This document shows positions 50,145 through 61,230 of a stretch of DNA of 64,000 bases, piece after piece (position 1 is the stretch's first letter; each line of letters opens with the position of its first letter). The translations under genes were made by a program, and so were the position numbers. Below the pieces are notes generated by a model, which saw only the letters and a program-made list of their open reading frames with translations, ran no database searches and had not been told where the DNA came from. The stretch lies in assembly GCA_044348785.1 (NCBI GenBank), contig JBIKSF010000001.1, positions 2,251 through 66,250 of the forward strand, in the 5' to 3' direction. This DNA comes from Limnohabitans sp. (GTDB taxonomy: Bacteria > Pseudomonadota > Gammaproteobacteria > Burkholderiales > Burkholderiaceae_C).

Positions 50145-50750
50145 TCAACGCAGATGTTTCCAGGCTTTGAGCCGCAAGGCCTCAGTCACGCAGGTCGAAC
50201 GCGACCCGGCCAACACTTGGCAAGTGGCCCCGGCTTGCAGAAAACCGGTTTGCTCTACCGCCAGATAAAACCCACAGCGCCCGCTTTGCACCATGTCTTT
50301 GGCAGCCAAAGCGTAGCCCATGACAGCATTGAACTTGCCGCAGGGCTCGCGCGGCTGAGTCACGCGCAAGACCACGCTGCCAAAGTCGAGGCGGTCGCCA
50401 ATGAACAGGTCTTGTTCCAGCAGGCCTTGCAGGCTGAGGTTTTCACCCAAGTAGCCTGGCGGCAAATCTTCTTCAAACATTGTCGCGCCCTGTGTTTGGC
50501 GCTGCGCCTGCCACCAAGGCAGGTGCTCTGAAGGCAAAGCGTAAATGGCTTTGCTCAGACCGCCGTGCACGGACAGGTCGGCCTGCTCGTCACCGGCCAA
50601 ACCCAACATTCCCACGGCGATAGAGCCTGAGACGGTGGTTTTGCCGATGGCCGAAACCAACTTGCGCCCGCCCACCATCAGGGGGCGAACCTGGCCGGTC
50701 TGGATGGCGAGCAGCGTGCCCGATAAACCGGGTGGCGAACTCGGCAGCAT
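50145..50750 (-). CDS. MOSC-domain protein (YiiM-like)
   Basis: GDEQAD..VHGG..KA, GENL, VTQPREPCGKF, GFYLAV. Confidence 0.9.
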   Translation of the reverse strand: MLPSSPPGLSGTLLAIQTGQVRPLMVGGRKLVSAIGKTTVSGSIAVGMLGLAGDEQADLSVHGGLSKAIYALPSEHLPWWQAQRQTQGATMFEEDLPPGYLGENLSLQGLLEQDLFIGDRLDFGSVVLRVTQPREPCGKFNAVMGYALAAKDMVQSGRCGFYLAVEQTGFLQAGATCQVLAGSRSTCVTEALRLKAWKHLR

Positions 50751-50757
50751 GGCTGCT

Positions 50758-52146
50758 TCAGCCTCGCATCAAGGCTTCGATCTCGTCGGCCTTCACCGGC
50801 ACGCCCCGCGTGATCAGCTCGCACCCCGTGGCGGTCACGATGGCATCATCTTCAATGCGGATGCCAATGTGGTGAAATTGTTCGGGCACGCCGGGAGCAG
50901 GGCGCACATACAGGCCCGGCTCGATGGTCAGCACCATGCCCGGCTGCAGGATGCGGCTGGGTCGGTCCTTGATCAACTCACCGCTCAGCGGGTCTTTGCG
51001 TTCGCTGACCTGGCCCACCTGCGAGGGCTCCACATAGCTGCCGCAATCGTGGACATCCATGCCCAGCCAGTGGCCGGTGCGGTGCATGTAGAACTGGAAA
51101 TAGCTGCGGTTGGCGATCACGTCTTGCGCGGTGCCGACTTTGTTTTTGTCGAGCAAGCCGACATCCAGCAGGCCCTGCGCCAGCACGGCCACGGTGGCCT
51201 CGTGCGGGTCCACAAAACGCGCACCGGCCTTGGTAGCAGCCACGGCCGCATCTTGCGAGGCCAACACCAAGTCGTACAAGGCACGTTGCGGCCCGGTGAA
51301 CTTTCCGTTGGCCGGGAAGGTGCGGGTGATGTCGCTGGCGTAGCCGTCCAATTCGCAACCTGCGTCGATCAACACCAAATCGCCGTCGCGGATCAAAGCG
51401 GTGTCGGCACGGTAATGCAACACGCAGGCATTGGCCCCGCCCGCCACGATCGAGCCATAGGCTGGGTATTGCGAGCCATGCTGACGGAACTCGTGCAGCA
51501 GCTCAGCATCGAGGTGGTACTCGCGTACCTCTTGGCCCCCGCGCAGCATGCTGGCGCTGCGCTGCATGGCGCGGATGTGGGCGCGGGCGCTGATGGCCGA
51601 AGCTCGGCGCATGATGTCTTGTTCGTGTACGTCTTTGACCAGGCGCATCTCATCGAGCAGGCTGCACAGGTCGCGCTGCTGCTCGGGGCACAAAGCACCG
51701 TAACGCACCCGCGCGCGCACCGACTGCAGCCAGCCGTTCACCAGACTTTCGAGCCCGGTGTGGATGGCAAACGGATACCAAACGGTGCTGCGGTTTTCCA
51801 GCAACTTGGGCATGTGCGCGGCCAACTCGCTGATAGGCAAAGCCCTGTTTACGCCCAAAGCGGCGGGCGCTGCTTCAGGCCCCAGGCGGATGCCGTCCCA
51901 GATTTCGCGCTCCAAGTCTTTAGGTTGGCAAAACAGCGTGGTCTCGCCATCGGCCGTGATCACCAGCGTGGCATGTGGCTCGGTGAAACCCGTCAGGTAA
52001 TAAAAGTAGCTGTCGTGCCGGTACAGGTAATCGCTGTCGCGGTTGCGCTGGCGCTCGGGCGCGGTAGGAATGATGGCGATGCCGCCTGCGCCCAGTTGGG
52101 CAGCGAGGCGGGCACGGCGTTGGGCGTAGAGAGAGTTCGAAGTCAT
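50758..52146 (-). CDS. pepP: Xaa-Pro aminopeptidase
   Basis: RHDSYFYYLTGF.EP, LIDAGCE..GYASDITRT, HRTGHWLGMDVHD, TIEPGLY, GIRIEDD. Confidence 0.95.
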   Translation of the reverse strand: MTSNSLYAQRRARLAAQLGAGGIAIIPTAPERQRNRDSDYLYRHDSYFYYLTGFTEPHATLVITADGETTLFCQPKDLEREIWDGIRLGPEAAPAALGVNRALPISELAAHMPKLLENRSTVWYPFAIHTGLESLVNGWLQSVRARVRYGALCPEQQRDLCSLLDEMRLVKDVHEQDIMRRASAISARAHIRAMQRSASMLRGGQEVREYHLDAELLHEFRQHGSQYPAYGSIVAGGANACVLHYRADTALIRDGDLVLIDAGCELDGYASDITRTFPANGKFTGPQRALYDLVLASQDAAVAATKAGARFVDPHEATVAVLAQGLLDVGLLDKNKVGTAQDVIANRSYFQFYMHRTGHWLGMDVHDCGSYVEPSQVGQVSERKDPLSGELIKDRPSRILQPGMVLTIEPGLYVRPAPGVPEQFHHIGIRIEDDAIVTATGCELITRGVPVKADEIEALMRG

Positions 52147-52154
52147 TTGAACAT

Positions 52155-52228
52155 TGTAGGAGGCCGCCCGGATGGCCGAATGCATATGGGGCGCTAGACC
52201 CGTTCGCGAGCAGGGGCTCGCTGCCACT
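52155..52228 (+). repeat. 74-bp REPIN-like element, copy A
   Basis: TGTAGGAGGCCGCCCGGATGGCCGAAT...TTCGCGAGCAGGGGCTCGCTGCCACT; homologous to the reverse complement of 56487-56560. Confidence 0.75.
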
Positions 52229-52249
52229 GGGAACGAGCCCTTGGGTGAC

Positions 52250-53005
52250 CTAGCTGTGATTGAGCTGCGTCAGACGCTCGGGCGTGCCCACATCGGTCCA
52301 GTCGCCCACATACACCTCGCCCGTGACTTGCCCACGGTCCATGGCCGAACGCAGCAAAGGTGCCAGCGCCAGCGCTGCGCCCTCGGGGTTGCCTGCGGCC
52401 AAGCCGCCATCAGCAAAAAAGGGTTTTTTGTACAGCGCGATGGTGCTGAAAGTGTGGTCGCAGCCGGGTGCACCCTTGGGCAGGTTGAGCACTTGGCCTG
52501 CGGCGGACAAGCCAAAGTCGCCGCCCGGGTTGTGCGCCGGGTTGGGCACCAACCACAAATGGGCCAGCGCGGGGCTGGCGGCGAAGCGCTGAACGGCCTG
52601 CGGGGTGAACACAAAATCTGGAGCGAACACATCGCCCGCCGCCACCCAAAACACCTCGGCCAACCGGGGCAGGGCACGCACGATGCCGCCTGCGGTCTCC
52701 AGTGCACGGCCAAAATCCTGGCCTTCATCGGAATAGGTGAGCTGCACCTCGGGCAAACCCGGCCAAGTGACGCGCTCGCCAAAATACGCCGGGATCTGCT
52801 CGCCCAGCCAGGCGGTGTTGATCAGTTGGCGCACAAAGCCGCCCCGGGCCAGCGCCTGCATGGGCCACTGCATGAGCGGCTGGCCGCGCACGGGCAACAA
52901 AGGTTTGGGTGTGGTGTCGGTCAAGGGGCGCATGCGCTCACCCCGGCCTGCGGCCAAGATCATCGCCTGGGCTGCGGGTGGACCAGTCAGTTCCGAAGAG
53001 TTCAT
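52250..53005 (-). CDS. murU: MurNAc-alpha-1-phosphate uridylyltransferase
   Basis: AMILAAGRGERMRPLTDTTPKPLL, LETAGGI, LVPNPAHNPGGDF, WTDVGTPERL. Confidence 0.88.
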   Translation of the reverse strand: MNSSELTGPPAAQAMILAAGRGERMRPLTDTTPKPLLPVRGQPLMQWPMQALARGGFVRQLINTAWLGEQIPAYFGERVTWPGLPEVQLTYSDEGQDFGRALETAGGIVRALPRLAEVFWVAAGDVFAPDFVFTPQAVQRFAASPALAHLWLVPNPAHNPGGDFGLSAAGQVLNLPKGAPGCDHTFSTIALYKKPFFADGGLAAGNPEGAALALAPLLRSAMDRGQVTGEVYVGDWTDVGTPERLTQLNHS

Positions 53006-53137
53006 GCCGCGATGTTGCCATGAGCCGTGCTTGGCTGTTCAATCGCCATCGCCTCATGGCAGCCCAAAGACCCGGAATGACCCGTCCGCAACCGCTAAAA
53101 TCCGGGTTTTCCAGAATAATTCCCCGGAGCTGCCCAC

Positions 53138-55168
53138 ATGGCAAATACACAGCAAATGGCCAACGCCATCCGCGCCCTCGCAATGGACGCTGTTCAACAA
53201 GCCAACTCCGGTCACCCCGGCGCCCCCATGGGCATGGCCGACATGGCCGTCGCGCTGTGGGGCGATCACCTGCAACACAACCCCACCAACCCTCACTGGG
53301 CCAACCGCGACCGCTTTGTGCTGTCCAACGGCCACGGCTCGATGCTGATCTATTCGGTGCTGCACCTGACCGGCTACAAACTGCCCATCGAAGAGCTGAA
53401 GAACTTCCGCACCTTGCACAGCAAAACCGCTGGCCACCCCGAAGTGGGCGTGACCCCCGGCGTGGAAACCACCACCGGCCCACTGGGCCAAGGCATCACC
53501 AACGCCGTGGGCATGGCCCTGGCGGAGAAGATGCTGGCCGCCGAATTCAACAAAGTCGGCCACAAAATCGTCAACCACCACACTTACGTGTTCCTGGGTG
53601 ACGGTTGCTTGATGGAAGGCATCAGCCACGAAGCCGTGGCCTTGGCTGGCGCCTGGAAGCTGAACAAGCTGATCGCCCTGTACGACGACAACGGCATCTC
53701 GATCGACGGCCAAGTGGCCCCTTGGTTCATCGACAACACGCCCCAGCGCTTTGCTGCCTGCGGCTGGAACGTGATCGACGCCGTGGACGGCCACGACGCT
53801 GCGGCTGTCTCCAAAGCCATCGCCGCTGCCAAACACAGCGCTGACAAGCCCACCCTGATCGTCTGCAAAACCGCCATCGGCAAGGGCTCGCCCAACCGCG
53901 CGGGCACCTCCAAAGCCCACGGCGAGCCTCTGGGCGCCGAAGAAATCAAACTCACCCGCGAAGCCTTGGGCTGGACGGCCGAGCCGTTCAAGATCCCCAA
54001 AGAGGTGTATGCCGACTGGGACGCCAAAGTGGCTGGCAAAGCCCGCGAAGCCGAGTGGAACACCGCTTTTGCCGCTTACAAAGCCGCCTTTCCCGCTGAG
54101 GCCAAAGAGTTTGTGCGCCGCATGAAGGGCGACTTGCCCAAGAACTTCAACCAAGTGGCGTTTGACGCCGTGGTGGCGGCCCACACTAAGGGCGAGACCG
54201 TGGCCAGCCGCAAGGCCAGCCAACTGGCGCTGGAAGCCTTCACCGCCGCCTTGCCCGAAATGCTGGGCGGCTCGGCCGACCTGACCGGCTCCAACCTGAC
54301 CAACACCAAGAGCACCCCCGCCTTCCGCGTTGACTTGGCCGGTGACGTGGTCAAGACAGCCGAAGGCCAGATCGGTCGCCACATCAACTACGGCGTGCGC
54401 GAATTCGGCATGGCCGCCATCATGAACGGCGTGGCGTTACATGGCGGTTACATCCCCTATGGCGGCACCTTCCTGACTTTCTCTGACTACTCGCGCAACG
54501 CCATCCGCATGGCCGCGCTGATGAAGCAGCGCGTCATCCACGTGTTCACCCACGACTCGATTGGTCTGGGCGAAGACGGTCCGACCCACCAGTCGATCGA
54601 GCATGCGGCCAGCCTGCGCCTGATCCCCGGTCTGGACGTGTGGCGTCCGGCTGACACGGCCGAAACAACCGTGGCTTGGGCCGTGGCCCTGCAAAACGCC
54701 CACCGCCCATCGGCCCTGCTGCTGAGCCGCCAAAACCTGACTTACTCACCCAAGAGCGATCTGGGCGACATCAGCCGCGGCGCGTATGTGCTGGCAGAGC
54801 CCAGCGAAATCGGCATGAAGAAAACCCACGGCGTGATCATCGCCACTGGCTCTGAAGTGCAACTGGCGCTGGCCGCGCAAAAGCTGCTGGCCGAACGCAA
54901 GATCGGTGTGCGGGTGGTCTCCATGCCCAGCACCAATGTGTTTGACCGCCAAGACAGCGAATACAAACAAAGCGTGCTGCCTGCGGGCATCCCCCGCGTG
55001 GCGGTCGAGATGGGATCCACCGACGGCTGGTGGAAGTACGGTTGCGCTGCTGTGGTCGGCATCGACACCTACGGCGAGTCGGCTCCGGCGCCTGTGCTGT
55101 TCAAACACTTCGGCTTCACCGCCGAAAACGTGGCCGACACCGTCCACGCTGCGCTGCTCAAGGCCTGA
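53138..55168 (+). CDS. tkt: Transketolase
   Basis: [40 protein letters not shown]. Confidence 0.97.
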   Translation: MANTQQMANAIRALAMDAVQQANSGHPGAPMGMADMAVALWGDHLQHNPTNPHWANRDRFVLSNGHGSMLIYSVLHLTGYKLPIEELKNFRTLHSKTAGHPEVGVTPGVETTTGPLGQGITNAVGMALAEKMLAAEFNKVGHKIVNHHTYVFLGDGCLMEGISHEAVALAGAWKLNKLIALYDDNGISIDGQVAPWFIDNTPQRFAACGWNVIDAVDGHDAAAVSKAIAAAKHSADKPTLIVCKTAIGKGSPNRAGTSKAHGEPLGAEEIKLTREALGWTAEPFKIPKEVYADWDAKVAGKAREAEWNTAFAAYKAAFPAEAKEFVRRMKGDLPKNFNQVAFDAVVAAHTKGETVASRKASQLALEAFTAALPEMLGGSADLTGSNLTNTKSTPAFRVDLAGDVVKTAEGQIGRHINYGVREFGMAAIMNGVALHGGYIPYGGTFLTFSDYSRNAIRMAALMKQRVIHVFTHDSIGLGEDGPTHQSIEHAASLRLIPGLDVWRPADTAETTVAWAVALQNAHRPSALLLSRQNLTYSPKSDLGDISRGAYVLAEPSEIGMKKTHGVIIATGSEVQLALAAQKLLAERKIGVRVVSMPSTNVFDRQDSEYKQSVLPAGIPRVAVEMGSTDGWWKYGCAAVVGIDTYGESAPAPVLFKHFGFTAENVADTVHAALLKA

Positions 55169-55270
55169 TTCAGGCCAACCGGATGCAGCTCTTCAGCGCG
55201 ATGGGTTTGACCCAGCGCTGAAGTCATGTTCAGGGATCAGGTCCATGCAAGGCTCTTGATTTCCAATCTG

Positions 55271-56320
<1,050 letters not shown>

Positions 56321-56351
56321 TTCGCGTTTTATCGGATAGGTGCCTGCGGCA

Positions 56352-56433
56352 GACGCAGATGCCAGTGCCCCGCCAGAGCTCAGAGGCGCTTCGCTTTGCC
56401 ACATCGCCCCGACGGGGCACCGGCATCTGCGTC
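56352..56433. repeat. 21-bp inverted repeat (one mismatch) enclosing 40 nt in the gap 3' UTR
   Basis: GACGCAGATGCCAGTGCCCCG ... CGGGGCACCGGCATCTGCGTC. Confidence 0.7.
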
Positions 56434-56448
56434 ATGGTGGTCCTGCTC

Positions 56449-56471
56449 AAAGCGCCTTCGGGCGCTTTTTT
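56449..56471 (+). terminator. Intrinsic terminator after tkt-gap
   Basis: AAAGCGCC-TTCG-GGCGCTTTTTT. Confidence 0.88.
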
Positions 56472-56486
56472 CATGGGTACAAAAAA

Positions 56487-56560
56487 TGTGGGAGCCAGTC
56501 CCTGCTCGCTAAAGGAGCTACTGGCACGCTGACATTCGGCCGCAGGGGCAGCCTCCTACA
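56487..56560 (-). repeat. 74-bp REPIN-like element, copy B
   Basis: TGTGGGAGCCAGTCCCTGCTCGCTAA...ATTCGGCCGCAGGGGCAGCCTCCTACA. Confidence 0.75.
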
Positions 56561-56575
56561 AAATTGGGATGCCTT

Positions 56576-58177
56576 TCAACCCGATTGAGCCGCAGCAGCC
56601 CGGATCACATCCACCGCCTTCTCAGCAATCATGATCGTCGGCGCATTGGTGTTGCCGCTGACGATGCGCGGCATGACTGAGGCGTCAACCACACGCAGAC
56701 CCGGCACGCCGTGCACGCGCAGTTGCGCATCTACCACCGCCATGTTGTCTTGGCCCATGCGGCAGGTGCCTACCGGGTGGTAGACCGTGTCGGCGTGTTG
56801 GCGAATCCAGTGTTCGAGTTGTTCGTCGCTGTGCGCATCGGCAGATGCTGCCCACTCTTTGCCATAAGCGGCCAATGCGGGTTGGGACAAGATGTTTTGA
56901 GCTTGCCGCACCCCGTCGCGCAAGCGCTGCAGGTCACGCGGATCGCTCAAAAACTGCGGGTCGATCAGCGGTGCGCTGTTCGGGTTGCGGTCGGCCAATT
57001 GCACACGGCCTCGGCTGTCCGGTTGCAACAGACACACATGCAGCGAATAGCCGTGGCCAAGCGTGAGCTGGCGGCCATGGTCCACCAGTTTGGCCACCAC
57101 AAAGTGCAACTGAATGTCGGGGTGCGGCTCGTCAGGTCGGCTTTTGTAAAAGGCACCGCCTTCTGCGAAATTGGTGGTGAGCGGCCCCTTGCGGTGTTGC
57201 CGCCAGGCCCAAAGGGCTTGCAAGGTCTGCCATGCGCCTTTGGGTGAGACGCCGATCAAATCGGTTTGCCCCGGCGCATCGGCCACCAGCACCGCGTCGG
57301 GGTGGTCGTGCAGGTTTTCGCCCACGCCGGGCAAATCACGCAGCACGTCAATGCCCAGGCTTTGCAAATGCGCGGCAGGCCCGATGCCTGAGCGCATGAG
57401 GATGGCTGGTGACTGGAACGCGCCTGCACTCAAAATGATCTCGCGCCGGGCGGTCAAGGTCTGCGCTTGACGGCCCTGCAAGGTGTGCACCTGCCGCGCC
57501 ACGCCATCGACCAAGCCAATGCGGTCCACGGTGACACCGGTCATCACATGCAAATTGGGTCGCCCCAAGTTAGGCGTGAGGTAAGCCTTGGCCGCGCTGA
57601 AGCGCTCACCCGCCTTCTGCGTGACTTGGTACAGGCCCACGCCTTCTTGCGTGGGGCCATTGAAGTCGGTGGTGTGCGTCAAACCCGCTTGCACCCCCGC
57701 CTCGACAAAGCGCTTGGCGAAGGCATTGGGGCTTTGCAGATCGGCCACGTTCAAAGGGCCGTTTTGGCCATGCCATTCGTTGTGGATGCGCTCGTTGTGC
57801 TCGGCCTTCAGAAAGTAGGGGAAGACCTCGGCCCAGGACCAGCCCGTGCAACCTTGTTCAGCCCACTGGTCATAGTCGGCCTGTTGGCCGCGGATGTAGG
57901 CCATCGCATTGGTGGAGCTGGAGCCTCCCAAGGTGCGGCCACGCGGCTGAAAACCGATGCGGCCATTCAAGCCGGCTTGTGGCACGGTGTTCAGGCCTTG
58001 CGAGACGATTTCGGTGCGGGCCATGAGCGCGATGCCCGCAGGGCAGTGGATCAGGGCGCTGGTGTCGGGCGGCCCGGCCTCGATCAGGGCCACCTGCACG
58101 GTGGGGTCTTCGCTCAAACGTGCTGCCAGCACACAACCGGCCGAGCCACCGCCCACGATCACGTAGTCAAAGTCCAT
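56576..58177 (-). CDS. GMC oxidoreductase (AlkJ-like alcohol dehydrogenase)
   Basis: [61 protein letters not shown]. Confidence 0.92.
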   Translation of the reverse strand: MDFDYVIVGGGSAGCVLAARLSEDPTVQVALIEAGPPDTSALIHCPAGIALMARTEIVSQGLNTVPQAGLNGRIGFQPRGRTLGGSSSTNAMAYIRGQQADYDQWAEQGCTGWSWAEVFPYFLKAEHNERIHNEWHGQNGPLNVADLQSPNAFAKRFVEAGVQAGLTHTTDFNGPTQEGVGLYQVTQKAGERFSAAKAYLTPNLGRPNLHVMTGVTVDRIGLVDGVARQVHTLQGRQAQTLTARREIILSAGAFQSPAILMRSGIGPAAHLQSLGIDVLRDLPGVGENLHDHPDAVLVADAPGQTDLIGVSPKGAWQTLQALWAWRQHRKGPLTTNFAEGGAFYKSRPDEPHPDIQLHFVVAKLVDHGRQLTLGHGYSLHVCLLQPDSRGRVQLADRNPNSAPLIDPQFLSDPRDLQRLRDGVRQAQNILSQPALAAYGKEWAASADAHSDEQLEHWIRQHADTVYHPVGTCRMGQDNMAVVDAQLRVHGVPGLRVVDASVMPRIVSGNTNAPTIMIAEKAVDVIRAAAAQSG

Positions 58178-58391
58178 GATTCCCCCCGTCCAAATGTTTT
58201 GTGCGTCCAATATAAGTGCTCCTGCGTGTTGCGGCGTGTCTTGTGCGCATCAGGGTTTTTCCCAGCAAACCCCTGGCCATGGCGACATCTCGTTGGCCCC
58301 AACACCCCTGACAATGGCACCACATTGGGAGACAAGTTATGCGGACCGTCCTTGAGTTTCTTGGCTCTAAACGCCTCAGCAGGCATCAACC

Positions 58392-59537
58392 GTGAACAGT
58401 CCAAGCATCCCACTCAATGAGGCTTGGCAAGACAAGCGCTGGTTGTGGCTCCTGAGCCCCGCCATCCCGCTGGCTTTCACGGGCTCCTTGCTGACTTTCG
58501 TCTTGACAGGCCAATGGTGGTGCATGCTGCTGGCCCCGATGGTGATCCATGTATTTTTGCCTGTGCTCGACCGCGTGTTTGGCGAGGACTTCAGCAACCC
58601 GCCCGAATCGGCGGTGGCGCAACTCGATGCCGATTTGTTTTACCGCGCCATGGTGTGGGCCTATGTGCCTGTGCAACTGATCGGCACCGTCTTGGGTGTG
58701 TGGATCGCGATCACCCAACCGTTGGCTTGGATGGGCTACGCCGCCTTGGTGCTCACGGTGGGCGCGATCAACGGCATCGGCATTGGCACCGCGCATGAAC
58801 TGGGCCACAAAAAAGAGGCGGTGGACCGATGGCTGTCCAAGATTGCTTTGGCGCCCAGCGCGTATGGTCACTTTTTTGTGGAACACAACCGGGGTCACCA
58901 CAAACGCGTGGCCACACCCGAAGACCCGGCGAGTGCTCGCATGGGCGAGAGCTTTTGGGCCTTCTTGCCGCGCTCGGTGTGGGGCAGTTTGCAATCGGCC
59001 TGGGCGCTGGAGCAAGAGCGTTTGAACAAACAAGGCATGAACGTTTGGCACCCTCAAAACCACAACCTGCAGGCTTGGGGCCTGACGTTGTTTTTGTTTG
59101 GCGCGCTGGTGGCATGGCTCGGCTGGATGGCACTGCCCTTTTTAGTGCTGCAGGCGGTGTACGCCGCCTCGATGCTGGAGGTGGTCAACTATGTGGAGCA
59201 CTACGGTTTGCTCCGGCAAAAAGACACGGCTGGGCGCTATGTGCGCTGCGAGCCCGAGCACTCGTGGAACAGCAACCACCTGGTGGGCAACCTGCTGCTC
59301 TATCACCTGCAAAGACACTCTGACCACCACGCACACCCCAGTCGCCGTTACCAAGCGCTGCGGCATTTCGAAACCGCTCCCCAACTGCCCGCAGGTTACG
59401 CCACCATGATCACGGTGGCTTATCTGCCACCTCTGTGGTTTGCGTGGATGGACTACCGCGTGATGGCTCACTATGGCGGAGATTTGGGTTTGATCAACCT
59501 ACAAGCATCGGCTCGGGCGAAACGGGCACAACGCTGA
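58392..59537 (+). CDS. alkB: Alkane 1-monooxygenase (membrane di-iron)
   Basis: All His boxes present: HELGHK, EHNRGHH, NYVEHYG, LQRHSDHHA. Confidence 0.95.
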   Translation: MNSPSIPLNEAWQDKRWLWLLSPAIPLAFTGSLLTFVLTGQWWCMLLAPMVIHVFLPVLDRVFGEDFSNPPESAVAQLDADLFYRAMVWAYVPVQLIGTVLGVWIAITQPLAWMGYAALVLTVGAINGIGIGTAHELGHKKEAVDRWLSKIALAPSAYGHFFVEHNRGHHKRVATPEDPASARMGESFWAFLPRSVWGSLQSAWALEQERLNKQGMNVWHPQNHNLQAWGLTLFLFGALVAWLGWMALPFLVLQAVYAASMLEVVNYVEHYGLLRQKDTAGRYVRCEPEHSWNSNHLVGNLLLYHLQRHSDHHAHPSRRYQALRHFETAPQLPAGYATMITVAYLPPLWFAWMDYRVMAHYGGDLGLINLQASARAKRAQR

Positions 59538-59584
59538 GGTTGAGCGCTGCGCTCGAACTGGCGCGTGGCGGGACACCACGGAAA

Positions 59585-59615
59585 AAGTCGTCTGCCCTTG
59601 TGAAGCAGACGACTT
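59585..59615 (-). terminator. Intrinsic terminator of the His-rich microprotein gene (possibly bidirectional)
   Basis: AAGTCGTCTGC-N9-GCAGACGACTT with a U-run on the minus strand. Confidence 0.75.
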
Positions 59616-59636
59616 CTTCATTGGCCTGGTCGCCAA

Positions 59637-59873
59637 TTATTTGGCAGAAGGCACGGCCTTTTTGGCCAACTCCATATGCTCTTGCGCTTTAACAAAGTGT
59701 TCGCCAGCCACTTTGGCGTGGGTCTGCGCTCCCACGTGGTCGTTGGCACCCATGAGCTTGGCCACTTCTTTGTGTGACTTGGCGGCCAGTTCCAAATGCT
59801 CAGCGACTTTGGTGTGGTGCTGTTCAGGTTTGACAACGGTGCTGGCAGCAGGCGTTTTGGTATCGAATGACAT
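59637..59873 (-). CDS. 78-aa His-rich helical microprotein (putative metal-binding)
   Basis: AAGGA RBS, own terminator, His at 19, 20, 26, 34, 46, 52, 59, 66. Confidence 0.75.
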   Translation of the reverse strand: MSFDTKTPAASTVVKPEQHHTKVAEHLELAAKSHKEVAKLMGANDHVGAQTHAKVAGEHFVKAQEHMELAKKAVPSAK

Positions 59874-59990
59874 GTGATTTCCTTTTCAAATGGTGATTGA
59901 TGAATCTGTAAACCATGTGCACCTGATTCACCAACCCATTTTTCCCACTGACACGGGTCCTGTCTGTCCGCTTGCACACGCAACAGCCAT

Positions 59991-60060
59991 CGGTTACACA
60001 ACCGGAACAATCCGGATCACGTAACAAAATTTCAATATTTGGCATACGATGGTTACATGC
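59991..60060. promoter_or_regulatory. Degenerate GTTAC-GTAAC boxes in the divergent promoter of gap copy 2 and the microprotein
   Basis: GTTACACAAC (59993), ATCACGTAAC (60016), GTTAC (60052). Confidence 0.45.
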
Positions 60061-60117
60061 ACAGCGCATCCAGTTTTGGCTGACTTGAGCCCACTCATCA
60101 ACGAAAGTGAGACCCAC

Positions 60118-61119
60118 ATGACCACGCGCATCGGCATCAACGGGTTTGGCCGCATCGGGCGCATGGTGCTGCGTGCAGCCGTGCAGAACTTCAAGGACGT
60201 TGAGATCGTCGGCATCAATGACTTGCTGGAGCCAGAATATCTGGCTTACATGCTGGAGTACGACAGCGTCCATGGCCGCTTTCAGGGCACGCTGTCTGTA
60301 GAGGGATCGACTTTGATCGTGAACGGCCAACGTATCCGCCTCACACAAGAGCGCGATCCGGCCAACCTGAAATGGAGCGAGGTTGGCGCAGATGTGGTCA
60401 TCGAAGCCACGGGCTTGTTTCTGGACAAAGACAGCGCGGGCAAGCACCTGAGCGCTGGCGCCAAAAAAGTCGTCATGTCCGCGCCTTCGAAGGACGACAC
60501 GCCGATGTTTGTGTATGGCGTCAACCATGCGTCATATGCGGGTCAAGCCATCGTCAGCAACGCCAGCTGCACCACCAATGCGCTGGCCCCCATCACCAAA
60601 GTGCTGAACGACAAATGGGGCATCAAGCGGGGCCTGATGACCACGGTGCACGCCACCACCGCCACCCAAAAAACCGTGGACGGCCCGAGCAACAAAGACT
60701 GGCGTGGCGGGCGCGGCATTCTGGAAAACATCATCCCCAGCAGCACCGGCGCAGCAAAGGCGGTGGGCGTGGTGATTCCAGAGATCAAGGGCCGGCTCAC
60801 GGGTGTGGCAGTGCGTGTGCCCACCAGCGATGTGTCGCTGGTCGATTTGACGGCCGAGCTGAACACCCCGGCCACCTATGCTGAGATTTGCGCAGAGATG
60901 AAGGCGCAAAGCCAAGGGGCACTCAAGGGCGTTTTGGGCTACACCGAAGCCAAGGTGGTCTCAACCGATTTCCGGGGTGAGGTCTGTACCAGCGTGTTCG
61001 ACGCCGAAGCGGGCATGGCCCTGGACAGCACCTTCATCAAAGTGATGGCCTGGTACGACAACGAGTGGGGTTACTCGAACAAATGCCTGGAGATGGCGCG
61101 GGTGGTGGGCAAGGCATAA
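60118..61119 (+). CDS. gap: Type I glyceraldehyde-3-phosphate dehydrogenase, copy 2
   Basis: [48 protein letters not shown]. Confidence 0.95.
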   Translation: MTTRIGINGFGRIGRMVLRAAVQNFKDVEIVGINDLLEPEYLAYMLEYDSVHGRFQGTLSVEGSTLIVNGQRIRLTQERDPANLKWSEVGADVVIEATGLFLDKDSAGKHLSAGAKKVVMSAPSKDDTPMFVYGVNHASYAGQAIVSNASCTTNALAPITKVLNDKWGIKRGLMTTVHATTATQKTVDGPSNKDWRGGRGILENIIPSSTGAAKAVGVVIPEIKGRLTGVAVRVPTSDVSLVDLTAELNTPATYAEICAEMKAQSQGALKGVLGYTEAKVVSTDFRGEVCTSVFDAEAGMALDSTFIKVMAWYDNEWGYSNKCLEMARVVGKA

Positions 61120-61187
61120 GCTCACGCGCTCGCGCTCAAGGGGCGTGGGTCAACGCGCCCCTTCATACCCGACAATCTACAGACAAC

Positions 61188-61211
61188 GCCCATGCTTTTC
61201 ATGGGCTTTTT
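61188..61211 (+). terminator. Terminator-like hairpin after gap copy 2
   Basis: GCCCATG-CTTTT-CATGGGC-TTTTT; preceded by another hairpin at 61138-61163. Confidence 0.6.
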
Positions 61212-61230
61212 CATTGGCTGATGGATACCC

